Assembly (NCBI GenBank): GCA_039621445.1
Contig: CP154954.1
Span: 16,262,140 to 16,326,139 of the forward strand
Direction: 5' to 3'
DNA length: 64,000 bases
Source of the DNA: Euglena gracilis
Lineage: Eukaryota
Made by a program: the position numbers and the translations under genes. Shown piece by piece: positions 29,001 through 41,638 of the stretch (positions within the stretch are counted from its first letter, which is position 1; every line of letters starts with the position of its first letter). Under the pieces are notes generated by a model that worked only from the letters and a program-made list of their open reading frames with translations, did not search any database and was not told the origin of the DNA.

Positions 29001-32000
29001 AACCAGACACGGTCAGTGTGCGCATTTGCACACACCGGCGATGTGCGCATTTGTGCACACCTTATTTGTGTTAGTGGTCAATGTACGCATGTGCGCGCAT
29101 CGACCACTTTGCCTTTCTTGTGTGAATGGTTGGTGTGCACAAATGCGCACATCGACCATTCACAAAAATACAAGTGGTCGATGTGCGCAAATACGCACAC
29201 AGACCACTCACACAATTGCACAGGTGGCCGGTGTACACGAATGTGCAAATCGACCCTCATTCTGCATATTTATGTCACGCGAAGGTTCCGTTCGACACAT
29301 GCACATTTCGGTGCCTTATAAGTGGAAGTGTTCTGAAAAGGTTCTGTCATGCCATGATCATTGTCTAAGAAAAGTTGGGGCAAGGTTTTTGAATGGCTAC
29401 CAGTTCCAATGTGCGACAGAGAACGGTGGCTTGTAAATGTGTCTTTGTTTTGACCTCCGTATTTGGCTGTCTCTTCGCCCTAAACGGTTGGCATGCGCAC
29501 TTGCGCACACCAACCATTGTGGAGGCAAAACTTTTGCAACTTGCGTGGTGAAGAAATTCTGGTTTCAGGTAATAAGGAATGTTCAGTTGAACAAGCTCTA
29601 TGACAGGAGAAAACTGGTCCATCTGCAGGTTTGTTTGTGTTGTCTCCAACCCACACAGCCCATCGTGTTCACGCCATCCGTTTGGAAGGTGCGTGGGAGG
29701 AACTGATGAATTGGAACCCCCGTGACTTTTGGACACTTTTCTTCAAAAACAACGAGTTCCAGAATTTCAAAATTGCACATGTGTAATCTTCCGGTTATTT
29801 CGGCAAGTATCATTTTTCTGTTTTCACCACGATGATGTCTCTCTTTTTTTTTCCATCAGAAAACAGGAATCACGCCAGTTTTTGTGCATAATATCTGTGT
29901 GTTGAGTTCCAGTACTTTCTCACACCCCATTAATCCGCAAAAATTCAATGTTCTCTGTCTCCAAAACAGTGGGATTTGTGGCCACATTTATGATGCTGCA
30001 ATTTTCCATTGTTTCCGTGGAGCTGCAGCATGTCTGCCCCACCCCCCGTCTGCTGTCCCAGTTGTGGTGGATAACACGACCACCCCCGTGGCTCTGAAGG
30101 GTTGATGACAGCCTTGTGGCTGCTGAAGCGCCACCACCTGTCCTCAGTTGGGCATCTGTTTCGGCAAGCTGGTAACCTGTAGGGAATGATTATCACGAGT
30201 GAAGAGTGAAACATATCTCTTTTTTTGAAAACTCGAGCTTTACACTTGGCTACTTGAGCCTCCCTGTCTGGTTGACTCTGCAGAGGCTCCTTCAGATAAC
30301 CTGGAAGGCAGGTTGCATTTTTGTTTTGCAGGTACACAGGGTTCGCACCCCCCCCACCAGGGTGGGCTCGTACTCCAAATTTGGGCAGTGAAAATCCTAG
30401 TGGACCACCCGGGGGGGGGGGGGGATTCTGCCAGCAGGCCAGAAAGTGGATCATTTTTTCCAGTGACCAGTTTTTTTGAATCCCCAAAACCCGCCAAAAA
30501 CACCCATTTTTGGTCATTTCTGGGATTTCTTTTGTGGGACAAAGTCAGCTAAAACACACATAGAAAACCACGTTTCCACCACGGCACGCAACGCTGAAGG
30601 AAAATATTTTATTGTCGGGGGGACCCCCCAGACCACCGGCACGATCATGTGCACCTGCGCACGTAGGGACACCCCACCTTCACGCGCACACTTGCGCACA
30701 ATTTGAACCCACAATCGCACGCATATGCAGACGCTTGGAGGGTAAGTTTGGGCGGCGTGTGAATCAGCGCTGGGGCACCCAGAACGGTCGGCGACACTCG
30801 CCACTAACCCCCAGTGGCTGCAGGACCACGAGTCGGCCGCCGAAAAACTACGGAACACACAGCAGGTGACAGGAACACACCCCCTTCGCCGCCCGTGTTG
30901 GAAATCCCGAGCCAGATGGACCCACACCCAGCACCGAACCGCGCGAACCTGCGCCTGTGGACACACACACTTCGTGCCCACTTGAGCACGACTGAGGGCA
31001 GGTTGAGGGACCCTGTGACCCGGGCTGAAAACCCAGGCAGAGACGTGATGCTTCACGCAAGTGTCGTGCGTATGTCCGCACGTTAGTCACCCCCCAGCTC
31101 TTCGTCTGCGCGGCCCTATTTTGAAGCCCCTGCCAGCAAGCACGTCGCAGGGAGGCAGCCACTGTCCAGGCACAGCACCGGGCGGGTGAGGCCTTGAAGG
31201 TGGTCATGGAAGAGGGGTCTTTGGTGGCCGGGGTCGCGCGCATGTGCGCCTAATTGGGGGTCTTTGAGGAAAGAATCACATGTCTGAAAATGTGATGAAC
31301 GGGGGGTTAAACCTCATTGAGCAACACGGTAGAAACCTCCCACACTATTGGTTCTGAAACGCACCTCAAAACGCCCTGATTTATTGCGATAGCTGACATT
31401 GGTACGGCAGTCGCAAGGAGGGGGGCGGCGCGTATGACCAACCTGGGGTTGAAGGAACCAAGTCGGTGGCAGGGGGGGGTACATGGACAAGGCCTCGTTT
31501 TTTGAATTTGGGTCCAGGGTGCCTTCTTTTTGGGCAAGTCCGATTTCGACTGGTGTTCATGTTGTGTGCAATCCAGAAACCGGGTCTGTGGAGGGGGGGT
31601 ATCTCAAAAACAGACCAAACCTGCAACCCCCGACCAGACCGAAAGTTTTTGGTCTCCCAAAACAGTCAAAAGTGCCATTTTGGGCACTTTCTGGGCAAAA
31701 ATTTGTCAAAAAATCAGGGGGTATTGATTTCGGAGACCTTCGGGGAAATTGCAGGAAAATTGCAGAAATTGCAGAAAAAATTGCGGAAAAAATGCAGTTT
31801 TGGGAATGAGTAAACCCCCCACTTCTAATTAATAATTAGTAAACCTATCCTATAACCCCCCCACGTATACCCCCCCCCTGGGCCCGACCACCAAAGCGTG
31901 ACTATAATCTCTAATAATAATAATAATTAATATACATATCCCCCCCCTAGAGGGAAAAGTGGCTAAGACTTAGGCGGCGTAAATTGCCCATGAAAAAATT

Positions 32001-33648
32001 GACTGAAGTGGCACCCGGAACAGTAGAAAAATGCTCCAAAAAACAGCCAAAATTTTCGAGTTGTGCATCAGGACAGAAATTTTTCAGCGTTATTGCGTAT
32101 GTAACAGACGAAGCGGAAAACCGCTTCGATAATTTCTGAAATTCATTTTTAGTAGATTCACAGGTAAATACGACGCAGCAAAAAGGTTGCAGAAAACCTA
32201 CCACAATCGACACACAACGAATGATGTCATCTGTCAAGCAGACACACAGAGACAGAAAAAGAATATATACATAGCAAATACCTGCGAGCAACTAACGAAT
32301 CAGTATAACAAGGAAATTTAAGTAAAATGCCGAATGAAGCGGAATACCGCTTCATCGACACCCAGAGTCGTGATATTACATTAAGTGCAACTGAATCAGA
32401 GGTAACAGGAATACATGTACAATTATGCTGTACAGGATAAAAAGGAGGAGAGACCACGTTGCACCTTTGTGATCAACTCGACCTGACACCGACGTTGGCC
32501 ACCGTCGGTGTCGGTTGTTCCTGTGGGCTGCCGGGGCCGCAAGCGGCGGAAGCAGGCACCTGGCAGCCCCGTGGCTCCCCGCCTTGCATTGCCAGAGACA
32601 GACTGGTTTTAGGCCTAAACAGAATGAAAAACTAACATTTGAGGTTTGTGGTGCACTTGGCGGTTTGGTGGTTGTGTAGTGCGCGGAACAAATGCGTAGG
32701 TCCATGAGAAGCAGATAATGAATACAACGCAAGCGGTTTTCCGCTTCCTTTGCACGTAATGGACACAATTTCACAAAAAGGGGAGAGGCTGGACCGGGTC
32801 CAATTCACTTCCCCGTACCCCTGAACGGTGCCCAGCCGTCAGGGGTTCGGTTACGGCTTTTGCTGGACCAGGCAGGCGAGCGTACAGTCCAGGCTCCCCG
32901 TTCATCGCAGTACATACACGTTACGTAGTGTACGATGAACCTTGCGCATTGCACTTTGTGGTTCAGTCAAACGTTAAACGGTTAACAACATCGCGCATCG
33001 CATTGCAATGCGGACGAACGCACTCAGAATACAACGACAGAATGAACATGAAGCGGTTTTCCGCTTCTTTTTAATAAGATGAGCAATATGCTTAATGTCC
33101 ATCGCAAAGTGAGGTACATAACTGTTTACCGGTTGCGTGTACCATGAACAGGACACCAATCGTCATCTTAGCATCCAAATTGAAGAACTAAGTTACAGTG
33201 GTGTACCGAAGTCAAGATTGGTCCACTGCAACTCGTTGTGCACGTATCTCCGCCTGTGCTACGACACTTGCGCTGAGTTCATCGAGTCCATGAGAAGTCC
33301 TCTGCAAACATGACCTTGGCGGAGTTTTTATTATCAAAGTCAGGATGGAAGACAGTTTTATATGTCCAACAGATGAAAATGAAGCGGAAAACCGCTTCAC
33401 CTACGCCTGAAATCGCGATGCCGTCTGTTCATACCGAGTGATGTGACCACAAAGTACTACATTGTCCAGACCCCATGCATTCAGGTAGTTTAACTGAATG
33501 TGCTCTTCGGGCTGCCGCTGGCAATGGCCAGCAAAGGCCGTATGTGGCGGGGACTGCCCACCCCTCCCACGTACTGTCTGTGGTTCCCTACCAGTGACAG
33601 CCTCCTTTTTTGCTTTTACTGGAGGCAGCGGGAATCCACTTCATACGT

Positions 33649-33921
33649 GTGGGTAGCGACTGTGATCACCCAGGCAGTCGGGTTCATCAGTGCAGATTGG
33701 ACTCAATTTGCTGGACGATGTTTACTTTCTGGTGCAGTGCTAAGTCACATTGGTATGGACAGCTGAAGAAAGACGTGAGGTCAGTGTATATACCGAGATC
33801 AAGATACTACATACGCCTGTGATGTTGTGATTAGTTGGTTAGTCCGCAGGGCAGGGTAGTGACTGTGATCACGGCAGGCAGTCAAGCAAATGTGGGTAGT
33901 GACTGTGATCACCCAGGCGGT
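33649..33921. repeat. Three ~30-bp direct repeats GGGTAGTGACTGTGATCACCCAGGCAGTC
   Basis: Copies at ~33649, ~33854 and ~33892, with palindromic core GTGATCAC. Confidence 0.85.
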
Positions 33922-34395
33922 TGTACCAAAAAAACATGCATTAATTTAAAATGAGACAGAATAGGAAGCGTTTTTCCGCTTCCTGAAAAAATGGAAGAAA
34001 AAATACGTAAATCCAACCCTACGTTTCTGAATCGCGAGGTTTCTAACCGACGTAAAATGGCAGTTGTACCACCAACCACATCAATTCACCATAAGTTCCT
34101 AGGTACTCGTGTTTTGGGAAGGATTTTACCTGACATCGCGCTCTGGATGCGCCCATTTTGAGAGACCAACGTCCTGTTGCACCCCCCGTTTCAAAATCAG
34201 AATACCAAACAGCACCCCAAAAACAGCACTACCGTCCAAATGAAGCGGAAAACCGCTTCATAAATGAAACTATAAGCTATTTAACAAACAGTTCTGAGTT
34301 TAATGTGTTATAAACACCAGATTGCCAAGAGGAAGCGGTTATCCGCTTCCTTTTCTGTCAGTATATCCGTATCTGCCCATTGAAACAGAGAACAC

Positions 34396-37135
34396 ATGCC
34401 CGCTGTTGCATCGCCTGTCCAATTGGTCCTGAACATTCGGGGCCTTCGCGCCTATTTGCAACATGGCAGGCCTCGTTCGGGATGGGGCCTATTTTACGAT
34501 GCTTGCGTAGCTCGTCAAGTAGGTGCCCAAGCAATTGTTTCACTGTGCTGCATGGTGCGGCTGAATCGACGTTCACGTCGCACAGTGGAAGCGGTGCGGG
34601 AGGCCTACATGCGGTCTTCGTCTCACCGTCCACGTTGGCTGGGACAGCTCGCCACTGGGGCGTATGCTGTGTGGCGTACGCTGCATCGACATCGACATCG
34701 ACATCGGCATCGACAGGCACAACCCCTTGCAGACCCCAGTACAGTGGCCGAGAACAATCCCAGCATGCGGGCACTGCAGCAGCTTCCGAGGGCAATGCGG
34801 AGAACTCTACGGCACACTGGCATGGTGGGTTGTACGGAGGTGCCGGTTGCAGCCCGGGCAGCAGTGGCGGAGCGGGACATCCTGGCCTCCCTGGGGAACC
34901 ACCAGGTTGTCCTCTGGCTGGACAACTTCTGCTGGCTATGCTGGGGAACGGACCCGGCCACCCCAAACCTGAGCCAGAACCTCACTGCTTTTGGAACAGT
35001 GCAGGGTATAAATCATACTGATGTGTGCATGATTCAATGAATCACTGGTTGGATCCTGAAGCAGTTAAGAATTAAACGACTTTCGGTGAATGGTAATGAA
35101 GCGGAAAACCGCTTCATTAGTACTCAATATGTTTGCATGGTTGTTTGTGGTTCAACTGTAACAAGTAAATGATTCAGAAGCATGGTAACACCCGTACTTT
35201 GCACTGATGACGCTTTCTGCAGCTGGAGAACCTGTTGCACCGACAGGGGACGAGGACACGTTCCTTGACCTTCCCGGTGTCTCCAGGACACCCAGAGCTG
35301 AGCGACCTGATTGGCAACTTGGAGGTGGTGGCGTCCTCCTGTTGTACCGCATCGTTGCTGCTGCACCAAGCCGTGGGTCGCATACGACGGATGCAGCTGA
35401 CGGAGACAAGTATCAGGGTGCCGCTGGATGTGGCGCGGACCGACATGCGGTCACTGCAGTGGCGTCCGCTGTCGCTGACCGAGCAGGTGGTGTTAGCCAA
35501 CCTGGACCTGCTGCTGGTGCTGCAGACGGCGAAGTCACTGCAGCACCTCACTCGTCGCCAAACGCCTCTCCTGGTGGATGAGAACATCCACTACCGGTGT
35601 ATGCGGCTGCTGTACTCTGCATCGGCATCGCGGTACTACGTGTCCCGCTATCTGGCCGAGGTCCCCCTGTTGTACGGCATCTGGCACGCGTACAAACACA
35701 CGGTGATCGTCGTGTACCGGGCGTTCTTCCCGGTGCTGGCCCACCTGGAGGTGTCCCCTGGTGACCACCACTTGACGTGCAGCCTGCGGAGCCACCGGAA
35801 AGTGCTGTACATGGAGAAGCTGTTTGCCAGCCTTCTGTTGTCCCGCGAGTCGGTCATGTCCCACTCTGAGTCGCGCATAGCACCAGGGAAGCGGTTTTCC
35901 GCTTGCTTGACGTTCACTGATGCAATTTCATGATGTATGTGACATGCTATCTGCGATTCAGTAGTCAACTGGCAACCAGAATGGGAGATTGGAGTCGCTC
36001 TGGGAGTACACGAGCTGAACAACAGCAGCAACTCCGGTCCTACCCGTACCAGCTGCTGCAACGGCTGTGGAACATCCTGGTCTTATATGCCCCGGCCTTG
36101 CTGCACCTGGGACATGAGGTCCGACAGTGTACCTGGAGAGGTAGACCCGAGGACGAGGTGAAGGGCACCACCGCTCGGCTGGTGCTGCAGAAGTGCCTCC
36201 TGCTGATGTTGCACCTGGAGCGCCTGATGAGTCCCGGAAGGCCGCCCTCGGAGTACCAGCGGACCATCTCCCTGGCCCTGCTGGGGTGGCAGGACTGGAT
36301 GTCCCGGCTGCCGGGCTGCGTGTTCGTGGAGGAGGCTGGTGAGGCCATGCTGTCGAGGTTGTCCTCTGCCTGCAAGCGGAATCCCCACGTGACCAGCTTC
36401 GAGGGTACGCTGCAGCTGTTCGTGAACCTCGGCGAGCCCTCCGGCAAAACTCACCACAGCCGTGGCAGCCTCCGGAAGCAGCTCGTGCAGGAGATGGCAC
36501 GTCGTGTTCGTGGCCTGCTTGGCAGCCCTGGTGACCGTCCATTTCCGAAGCGGGTGGACAGCACAACCGTGCGGTGGCTGGTGGACCCAGAGACCTACCC
36601 CACCTGGATGGCACCGGAACCTCCACCAACGCGGATGACCACTGAGCAGCTGCTGCCCGTCCTGCGACACTCCGTGCAGACGCTGGTCCGAGGACAGCGC
36701 CTCGCTGCAGACGTGGAGGAGTGGCTCAGGACCAACGTGGGCACTGTTGATCCAGATATTCTGCAAGAAAGAGAAGAGGCGGTGTACCCCTTCCTCGCGC
36801 GCAGAAGAAGCAGGGCTGCCACAGCGGAACATCCTCTTCAGCATCCAGATGAAGCGGAAAACCGCTTGCACGACACGGATGAAGCGGATACCTGCTTCGA
36901 TGTCAACTCAGCTGAGATGGAGGTGGCAGAGGCCTCGATCGTGGTGGGTGACCAGGAGGAAGGCAGCAGTCTGTACGAGCCACCGGAGTCCCTCTACGAG
37001 CCGCCCGGTGACTTATCGGACGGCTACGTGTCCGTGGGGGCCTCCGACGGATTGGACTGGCTGGGCTCACTGCAAGGCAGTGATATATCCGATGCTTCGT
37101 CGGACGTATCCGTAGCAGTGGTGTGTAAATGCTGA
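34396..37135 (+). CDS. Putative DDE transposase, Academ/DUF6589-like (~800 aa, 3 exons)
   Basis: Exons ~34396-34998, 35223-35848 and 35962-37135, joined by phase-compatible GT-AG introns, with strongly GC3-biased codons. Motifs in order: VVLWLDNF (D1), PLLVDENIH (D2), YGIWHAYKH (GxF/WH motif), VFVEEAGEAMLS (E). Acidic C-terminal tail. Family call is from remembered motifs. Confidence 0.7.
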
Positions 37136-37496
37136 TTGCTGTTTGTGGGAGATTTCTGTTGTATATACGGTATTTGGGACACGTTGGGTTCACACGCTGG
37201 CTATTACTAACTAATACATAGGCAAATATGAGCATACCGGACCATGACCACTACAGACAACAAGAAAAGGGATGCCTTTTTTAAACATGGTGCTGTTTGG
37301 TCCAGGTTGGCAGTGTAAAATGGAGAGTGTTTTGAAAACAACAAGCAAAATCAAAAAAATAACCAATTTCGTTGGGTTTTATAAGTTCTTTTTTGGGAAA
37401 TAAATGATGCAAATCCATTCAACTCAGCTTTATTTTCCACAGATTGGATGATTATGTACATATTTTTCGATTTTTTTTCTTCACAGACCAGTACAC

Positions 37497-40400
37497 ATGC
37501 CTGCGAAGAAGCTGGCGAAGGCAGACACCACGGGACAGTCGATCCCGAAGCTGCTGGAAGACGAGGAGATGTGGCTGCAGAGGGAACAGGGTTAGATTTG
37601 TGGTTCCTTTTGGTGAATGAACATATATCGATTGGTAAGTGTTGACATTCTTCAATGAAGCAAACATTCAGAAGCATTGACAGATAAAAAATCACTTTGG
37701 TCAACTAATGAAGCGGAAACACGCTTCATTGCTGTGAATTGCATTATTTCTCCCACAAAAGAAATATATCTTAACTAACCCTGTAGTCGGGCAGCTGGTC
37801 CTGGACGTTGACCTGAGCCGGGGGCAGGTCCGGTGGCCCCGTCAGGAGCACGTGAACGACCTCATCACCGAGCTGAAGAACAATCCGCCGCAGGAGCTGG
37901 TGCTGACAGTGTGGCCGGAGAGAGGTGTCCACCAGCCCCCTCCATATTGTGTTTGTCGTTCCTGTGGATCAGACCCCCACACTTCAAATTGGTTGTTTGC
38001 CGGAAGTGGGTTGGCACTTTGGACATAGGTTCTGTGTTTCTCTGTTTCATCATATGGAAATCATCATGCGTTGTGTGGGGCAATGGATCGTTTCTGAATG
38101 TGTTCCCCTCTTCGCAGCTACGGGGAAGTGGGTCATCCTGAGTGGTCAACATCGTTTCCTGGCCGCGTCGGCCATCGCCGACGCCGCCATCGCCGATGCC
38201 CGGCGGCCGCCAGCCTTCACGGAGAAGTTCCGGTGCAAGGTGGTGAAGGAGAACACCAGCATCATCGAGCGCCAGCAGCTGGCCGGCGGGTTGCAGGCCA
38301 TGGACGGCAGCGTCATGGACATGACCCTGGCGGACCGCCTGCACTGGCTGCTGAAAGAGGACACCCACAACCGGGAGATTGCCGAGGCGGAAGGGGTGGC
38401 GTACAACCCCACCAAGACGGAGCTGTTGAAGAACGTGTACAGCAAGACGGGATGCCGCGAGACCGTGGACGGTGCCCTGGTATGTTCTGTCGCCTATGGA
38501 TGATTGTGCAGCCCAGAATGATTATATGATATTTAATGATTGATGGCATATTCAGTCTGTAGTCAGTTTGTTGTTGGTGGTTTTCAAATGCGATCGCAAA
38601 AAGAAGCGTTTTCCCGCTTCATTACCCTCCCGTTTTTAATTTTTACCCTTCTCAGGGTACGTGGGTCAAAGCCATGATCCCGGTCACGGAGTGGGTGCTG
38701 CAGAGTGGGACCGAGGCTGTGGAGGTGGTGAAGAGGATGGAGGCCCGTGGTGGGGACCGTGTGTCCCCACACACGTTCAAATGCCTGGAGGCCATCTACC
38801 ACCCGGACGACTACGCGGAGCTGGCCCAGGTGATGTTGGACGAGAAGTCCAAGCCCACCACCCAGCGGCTGGTCCAGTCTCCACATTTTGCATTCCACAT
38901 CTGGCGGATGGTTGTAATTCCCGAAAATAAAGAGGGATTTTTCAACAACAATGCAGACAGGAAGCGTGTTTCCGCTTCGTACGTAAACTTTTAATTTTTA
39001 ATGTATAATTGTGTTCATAGTATTCACCCACTCATCCAAAATACAAAATGGAGTCTGCTGCCAGGCAGGAGACGGCGAAGCTGGTGCGCCGCAGGACCTG
39101 GACGTGGCTGCTGCAGCACCCGGAGCTGGATGCCGACGTTCTTCACCCGACCAGAAGTGTGTGCTGTTTAATTATTTGCATTAATCATATGCGTGCACGT
39201 CTAAGAACTGCTGGCTTTCTCCATTTTTGATAACTGGTTCTTTACATGGATAAAATTCAGTCTGTATCATGAAGCGTTTTTCATATTCATTTAGCCAATT
39301 TGTGTTTTTTTTTGCAGAGGACCTGGCGCAGGTGGCCGCGCTGGAGACCGCCCTGCAGCCGGAGCACGTGAAGGTGCCGATGACCGGGGTGAAGTGGAGG
39401 TGGTCGCCCGAAGCCCCCTGCGTGGGGACCAACTTCTGCTTTGTAAAAACAATTCTCGTTTCACAGCCTGGAGTGAATGCACCCCTCCCAGTGAATGCAT
39501 GCACACCCCTCTCTGATGTGATGTCAGTTATTCCCCGGCATTGGCCACCTGTCGAGGTAGTACGCCGCGCGCCGCTGTGGGCCGACCCCCTGTACGAGGG
39601 ACTGAGGCAGCGGCTGCTGGGCCCAGTGATGGAGCCCGTCGTCAAGATCGGGGGCGTCTTCGGCACCCTGGACCTGCACGGCATGAGCCTGCCTGGCCGT
39701 GGACCGTCAACGCCCGGCAAACCAAAGAAACCGGAGGAGGAGGTGTCCAGCACCCAGGAGATCTCCACGCCGGGCCGGGCCTCGGCCAAGCGGGCCACCC
39801 AGCCTGAGGTGCTGAAGACCGGCCTCATCCACGTGGTGCCCATGCAGTCCACGGACAACGCCTGGCCGAAGGACCTCCGTCTGCTGGACCTGGCAGCTGT
39901 GGTGGTGGAGGTGGAGCCCCAGCAGTTCGCCGACAATGACAGCGTGCATACCGAGGTGTTCAGGCTCATGCTGACGGGGGTGCCCATGATCGCCGTCGGG
40001 AGGGACATCGACCTGCGAGATCTCCAAGCGCGGCTGACGAAGATGCTGGCCAGTGAGATGACCGTCTTCCGCAAGGACATCGTCCTCTTCATCCCGCAGT
40101 CGGGGCCCGACCCGGACTGGATCTGGGCGCGAAGGACCCTGTCTGTGATCACCACAAACAAGAAGACGATGAAGGTGCACCATCTATTTTATTTTATGAT
40201 GAAGCGGAAAAGCGCTTCCTGTTAATGAGAGCAGTTCTTTTCTTTTCTTGTCTATGTCATAGTGAATGCATACATGTACATCGTACAAAACAGAAAATCC
40301 TTGTCCCTTCCCGTCGTAGGACCCCGGCCAGATCACCTTGCAGGGGATGCACCAGGTCCCGGATTGCACTTAGCATGCCAGTTAAGAATGTTGTCTTCAG

Positions 40401-41638
40401 TTTTCATACTTCAAGCATGAACTTGTGTCCCTGTTGTTGAGGGCAGTGTCAACCAACCTCGTTAGTTTTTGGCGATGTCTGTTTTGAAGTGCAACCCGGT
40501 GCACCTGACGTTGCCCATCTTGTTCCTGTGGAGGTCGTCTGGTGGTTCCTGCGGCGGCTGGAGGTGGCCACCACTGACTGGGTGATGGTGCTGAGTTCCC
40601 GACCGGTGCTGTCCGCCCAGCTGGCCGTGCGGGCGGGCAGCGCCATCAACCTGCTGTGGGGCGTGCCGGCCCTCCCCTCCGACGACGCAGAGGCCCAGCA
40701 GCACTGCCTGGAGGACATCGGCCTCGAAGTGAGGGTGGCCGACGGGCTACCGCCGGTGATCTGGGTGCAGGGTAGCCCAGGCTTCTGTCTCTTACTTTCA
40801 CCGAACTTTAATTTCACATGGTTTGTCATTTAACGAATGCAAAAGCAAATCACCTGGTTCATTCTATGTCTTTTTTTCTGGATTTAACAATTGAAGCGTA
40901 AAACCGCTTCAAATTACTTTGCTTAAATTTTTTTTGCTGTTTTGTATCTGTATTACAATTCCCTTCTGATTCCGGATAAAATAATTTCATTGGGTTGCCC
41001 TGTGGTCAAGGACGTCCACCTGAGGATCGTACGCCACCTGGCCCTGAACGTGTCCGGGTACATCCCGGAGGGGACGGAGCCGGCCCCCGCACCACCGACG
41101 GAGGAGGAGCCCCCGTCCAAGCAGGGCGGCCGGGACCCGAAGGAGTCCAAGTCCAAGGAGACCAAGGAGTCCCAGGACAAGCCCAAGGAGAAGGAGACCA
41201 AGGACAAGCAGGACAAGAAGACCAAGGACACGCCCAAGAAGGGCGCCCGGGGGAAGCAGTCCGCCTCCTCGCAGCAGCCGGCCCGGCACTCCTACGAGTC
41301 GTCCCCGGAACCGCCTGAGCGCCCGACACACAGGGAACGGCCTAATGGTGGATTGTCTGTGATGATCTTATGTCCTGTTTCGATTTTGGCAGTAATTTTC
41401 ACAATTCTGTTTGATGGAGAGTTTTTCCGCTTCCTTATGATTAAAATCAGAGTAATTTTCCTAAGATTGGAAGTGCGTTCACGTTCTACTGTAAATTGGT
41501 TCCGCTGCGATGCAACACAATGGTATCTAATCAAAACCGTTATCTGCGTTCCACGCCTCCCGTTTGCGCCGCTCCCTGTTGCCGAGGAAGCGGTCCGCCC
41601 TGGAGAACATCCAGGAGATGCTGGTGGACGACGAGTGA
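37497..41638 (+). CDS. Multi-exon protein: ParB/Srx-like N-terminal domain, degenerate N6/N4 DNA-MTase-like region, K/E-rich tail
   Basis: Phase-consistent exons 37497-37590, 37787-37924, 38118-38479, 38656-38871, ~39054-39156, 39318-40174 (possible internal intron), 40320-40355, ~40490-40770, ~40990-41345 and ~41585-41638. Later boundaries are approximate. The spliced N-terminus reads ...SRGQVRWPRQEHVNDLITELKNNPPQELVLTVWPERATGKWVILSGQHRFLAA, a ParB-type xxGxHR motif. Confidence 0.75.

Noticed and set aside
33649-33921. Possible CRISPR array (30-bp repeats)
   Set aside because: Only three copies with spacers of ~175 and ~8 bp, no cas genes, and a eukaryotic context.
39570-39600. LWADPLY as an active DPPY methyltransferase motif
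   Set aside because: It lies upstream of a low-complexity linker and out of register with the other MTase-like segments; probably coincidental.
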